DNA of 17,068 nucleotides from a bacterium (GTDB taxonomy: Bacteria; SZUA-182; DTGQ01; JAFGSM01), in contig JBLIRP010000082.1 in NCBI GenBank assembly GCA_049472355.1, forward strand, positions 1 to 17,068, written 5' to 3'. Both the position numbers and the translations under genes were made by a program. A model generated the notes under the pieces. That model had not been told where the DNA came from. It saw nothing but the letters and a program-made list of their open reading frames with translations, and did no database searches. Numbering within the stretch: position 1 is the stretch's first letter; each line of letters begins with the position of its first letter. Positions 14,264 through 17,068 of the stretch are shown here, piece by piece.

Positions 14264-16270
14264 TTATGCGCGCGCCCTGGGAGGAGAAAGAAGTTCCACC
14301 GCCGTGTCGAGCTGCTCGTGGCTGCCGAACATGATCAGGATGTCCTCGGCATTGATCTCCATGGTGGCAGCAGGATTGGTGATGGAACGATCGGCGCGGA
14401 TGATCCCCATGACGGTCACCCCGGTCCTGGAGCGCAGTTGCAGATCAGCCAGGGTCTTCCCCACCGCCGGGGAATCCGGGGTAACCAGGAAGGTCTCCGT
14501 GATGCTCATGGCGATGATTCGCTGGATGCTCTCGAACCGTTCATCGGGAAGGCTCGACCCGCGAAGCATGCTGTAGCCCGCATCCCGTATGGTGTTGACA
14601 TGCAGGTTGATGATGTTTCTGGGCACACGGTATTGATGCAGCACGTGGGAAAAGATCTCCACCGAGGTCTCGAACTCCTCGGGTATCACCTGGTCCGCCC
14701 CGATACGATACAGTTCCTCCACCTCAGCAACAAACCTGGTGCGGGCAATGATATAGATTGAGGGGTTCATCCTTCGGATTTGCCAGACGATCCTCCTGGT
14801 GGCTGAGGGATCGGAGATGGCGACCACGGCGATCTTCGCGCAATCGATGGCAAGCCGGCTCAGGATCTGCCTTCGAGTGGCATCGCCGAACACGATCGGC
14901 TGCCCCTGCTCCTTGCCCTGGCGCACGTTTACCGCGTTGAGATCAACGATCTGATAGGGAATGCCGGTCTCCTTGAGCACCCGTGCAAGGTTCCTCCCGT
15001 TGAGTCCATACCCGATGACCAGGGTATGTCCCTTCATGGAGCAGGAAAACCCCTCCTCGTGGACCTTTCGGGGGAACCTCCGCGCAAGAAGGCCCTGTAT
15101 GGCCAAGGCCAGGCCCGGTGCGTAATGGATCAAGAGCGGGCTCACCAGCATGCTCAGGATGGAGGAGTCGAGAAAGTACTGGTAGAGCGTGGTGCTCATG
15201 AGACCGTAGCGAATTCCCGCCTGGGCCAGGATGAAGGAGAATTCCCCGATCTGAGACAGCCCCAGGCCCACGATGAGGGCGATACGCAGGTTTCTGCGCA
15301 CCATCAGCACCACCAGGAAGAGGATCACCGCCTTGAGCGCGATGATGATTGCAGCCAGGCTCAACACCTTCCAGAGGTTCCGGTAGACAAAGGCGAGGTC
15401 AAGGAGCATGCCGATGGAGATGAAGAAGAGTCCGGTGAAGCTGTCCGTCATGGGGATGATCTCGGAGATCGCCTGGGAGCTGTATTCGGATTCCGAGAGG
15501 ATGAGGCCGGCCAAAAAGGCGCCGAGCGCCAGTGATGCGCCTATCTTGGAGGTGAGCCAGGCAGTGCCCAGGCACAGGAGGATAATGGTGAGGGTAAAGG
15601 ACTCCCGGATGCGGATCGCCACTATCCGTTCCATGATCCAGGGGAAGAGGAGCCTGGCCGTCAGGATGATGGCGCCGATCGCCAGGATGGACTTCACAAT
15701 GACCATGACAACGGAAAGCGGCCCCTTTTCCGTATTCATCCCCAGCAGCGGTACAAGGAGCATCATCGGTACGATGCACAGGTCCTGAAACAGAAGCACC
15801 CCCACCGCCGCATTTCCGTACAGGGCATTCACCTCGCCCCGGTCGGCATACAGCTTCATGACGATGGCGGTGCTGCTGAGGGAGGCCAGAAATCCGAAAA
15901 AAACCGCCCGGTTGACCCGGAAGCCGAGGGAGAGGGCAATACCTGCCACCACCGCGGTGGTGCAGAGGATCTGAAGCCCCCCTTCGAGGAGAAGGTACTT
16001 CTTGAGGCGGACAAGACGGCTCAGGGAGAACTCCAGCCCTATGGTAAACAGGAGAAGGACCACCCCTATCTCGGCCATGATCTCGATCTGGTGCGGCTCC
16101 CGAATCAACCGGAAGGAGGAGGGGCCGATGATCATTCCCGCGATGAGGAAGCTGACGATCGAGGGAATACGGAACCGGTGGGCCACATAGATGGTGCCGA
16201 GCGCCACCGCCATGGTGATGACGAGATCGGTGAGTATGCCTATCTCAGGTGAGACCGCTGCCGGTGCCAT
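14264..16270 (-). CDS. CPA2 / Kef-family cation:proton antiporter with TrkA-N (RCK) and TrkA-C domains
   Basis: Multi-TM N-terminus with AEIGVVLLLFTIGLEFS, SLSSTAIV, LLFQDL, LGAFLAG, FFISIGM and QIGEFSF, Rossmann-like VIGYGLNG, GADQVIPEEFE, and C-terminal SPAVGKTLADLQLRSRTGVTV. Confidence 0.95.
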   Translation of the reverse strand: MAPAAVSPEIGILTDLVITMAVALGTIYVAHRFRIPSIVSFLIAGMIIGPSSFRLIREPHQIEIMAEIGVVLLLFTIGLEFSLSRLVRLKKYLLLEGGLQILCTTAVVAGIALSLGFRVNRAVFFGFLASLSSTAIVMKLYADRGEVNALYGNAAVGVLLFQDLCIVPMMLLVPLLGMNTEKGPLSVVMVIVKSILAIGAIILTARLLFPWIMERIVAIRIRESFTLTIILLCLGTAWLTSKIGASLALGAFLAGLILSESEYSSQAISEIIPMTDSFTGLFFISIGMLLDLAFVYRNLWKVLSLAAIIIALKAVILFLVVLMVRRNLRIALIVGLGLSQIGEFSFILAQAGIRYGLMSTTLYQYFLDSSILSMLVSPLLIHYAPGLALAIQGLLARRFPRKVHEEGFSCSMKGHTLVIGYGLNGRNLARVLKETGIPYQIVDLNAVNVRQGKEQGQPIVFGDATRRQILSRLAIDCAKIAVVAISDPSATRRIVWQIRRMNPSIYIIARTRFVAEVEELYRIGADQVIPEEFETSVEIFSHVLHQYRVPRNIINLHVNTIRDAGYSMLRGSSLPDERFESIQRIIAMSITETFLVTPDSPAVGKTLADLQLRSRTGVTVMGIIRADRSITNPAATMEINAEDILIMFGSHEQLDTAVELLSPPRARA

Positions 16271-16279
16271 AACGGATCG

Positions 16280-16309
16280 ATTCTATCCCAGGCCGGCATG
16301 GTTCCGCAA
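16280..16309 (-). promoter_or_regulatory. Possible sigma-70-type promoter giving a near-leaderless antiporter mRNA
   Basis: Minus strand TTGCGG-18 nt-TAGAAT ending 9 nt before ATG 16270. No SD is visible. Confidence 0.4.
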
Positions 16310-16513
16310 GCCGGCCGATCAACCCGCGGCAAATTCTCATCATTGACCTTCACGCAAGGGGCCTGGGCAGAGATAGTTACTCCACCCTGCCCACAATGAC
16401 GTACTATCAAATTTCGGAGTGCCGATTAACCCCTGATATTTTACCGATAATAAGGTGACCGGTTGTGTATCAACGCGTTCCATTCATTCACCCCAAGGGG
16501 AAAGGATAACGGT

Positions 16514-16741
16514 ATGCTAAACGATCGATGGAAACGGATACTGCGCCGCGAGTTAATTGTCTTCCTGGTGTGCCTGGGAATCGGTCTGGCCCTTGCCATT
16601 ATGGGCAGGATCATCGGCGGGCAACGAAACAGCGGTGACATGTTCTACCTGGGACTCATCTTCTTCTTCGCCCTCTTATACTTCTTTGTCCAGTCGGTAC
16701 GGGCCATCGGGTGGTCTATCCTGAATCTGATGAGGCATTAA
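16514..16741 (+). CDS. Small hypothetical membrane protein (75 aa, two TM helices)
   Basis: SD AAAGGA before ATG 16514, with two hydrophobic segments (LIVFLVCLGIGLALAIMG and MFYLGLIFFFALLYFFV). Confidence 0.7.
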   Translation: MLNDRWKRILRRELIVFLVCLGIGLALAIMGRIIGGQRNSGDMFYLGLIFFFALLYFFVQSVRAIGWSILNLMRH

Positions 16742-17067
16742 TCAGCCTCGCATCGCCTGAGTATGTCCCAGTAGGCGCCCCGCAGCCCCCTTCCGATCGC
16801 CGCAACGAGGACCTCGTTGGCGTTGTAGTTATAGTTCCGATCCGGGCGTGAAGGATCGAAGAAGAGGAAGCGGCGATCGTCCCCGATGAGCGAATCAAGA
16901 AGCTCAAAGAGAAAGGGGGCCACACCAGGCTCGATATAAAAGAGGGGATCGAGCAGGGAATCACCCCCGATATACCCGTCGTCTCCATCTTTCCGGTCCA
17001 ACAGGCGTTCAAGCCCCGTTTCCGGATACACCCTCACCCCGGCGGCAATGCCGATGCGGTCCGCCCC
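16738..17067 (-). CDS. C-terminus of a probable (B12-binding) radical SAM protein, 5'-truncated by the window edge
   Basis: The frame stays open to the window edge (GADRIGIAAGVRVYPETGL...). GVRVYPET, LLDPLFYI and NYNYNAN...RGAYWDILRR resemble the tail of cobalamin-dependent radical SAM enzymes from recollection. The CxxxCxxC motif would lie outside the window. Confidence 0.6.
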   Translation of the reverse strand, partial: GADRIGIAAGVRVYPETGLERLLDRKDGDDGYIGGDSLLDPLFYIEPGVAPFLFELLDSLIGDDRRFLFFDPSRPDRNYNYNANEVLVAAIGRGLRGAYWDILRRCEAD

Positions 17068-17068
17068 C

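Noticed and set aside
16271..16513. c-di-AMP riboswitch upstream of the K+-type antiporter
   Set aside because: Only generic short hairpins are present, and no ydaO-type conserved motifs were recognised.

Overview
Bacterial chromosomal window, about 55-60% GC by eye with AT-rich intergenic stretches. Gene content suggests a deltaproteobacterium (Desulfobacterota-like); this is inference. In order: the end of a V/A-type ATP synthase operon (subunit B partial, subunit D), an unannotated 27-aa hydrophobic mini-ORF with its own terminator, a PagL-like lipid A deacylase behind a sigma-54 site, a HEAT-repeat protein plus HD-GYP phosphohydrolase pair, a PLP-dependent group II decarboxylase, two uncharacterised secreted proteins behind a second sigma-54 site, otsA, a GH13 enzyme, a Kef/CPA2 antiporter, a small membrane protein and the 3' end of a probable radical SAM gene. 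Four signals stand out. (1) The HEAT and HD-GYP proteins share an unnamed ~100-aa N-terminal domain (32/102 identities without gaps, counted by hand), and the HD-GYP has a non-canonical nucleotide-recognition motif, so this is a candidate cyclic-dinucleotide signalling module. (2) Three copies of a non-coding palindromic repeat with a compensatory stem change. (3) A type I toxin-like mini-gene. (4) Two Cys-Cys pairs flanking the beta-hairpin of the ATPase rotor subunit D. No rRNA, tRNA, CRISPR array or transposase was seen. All family calls are from motif recognition, not database searches.
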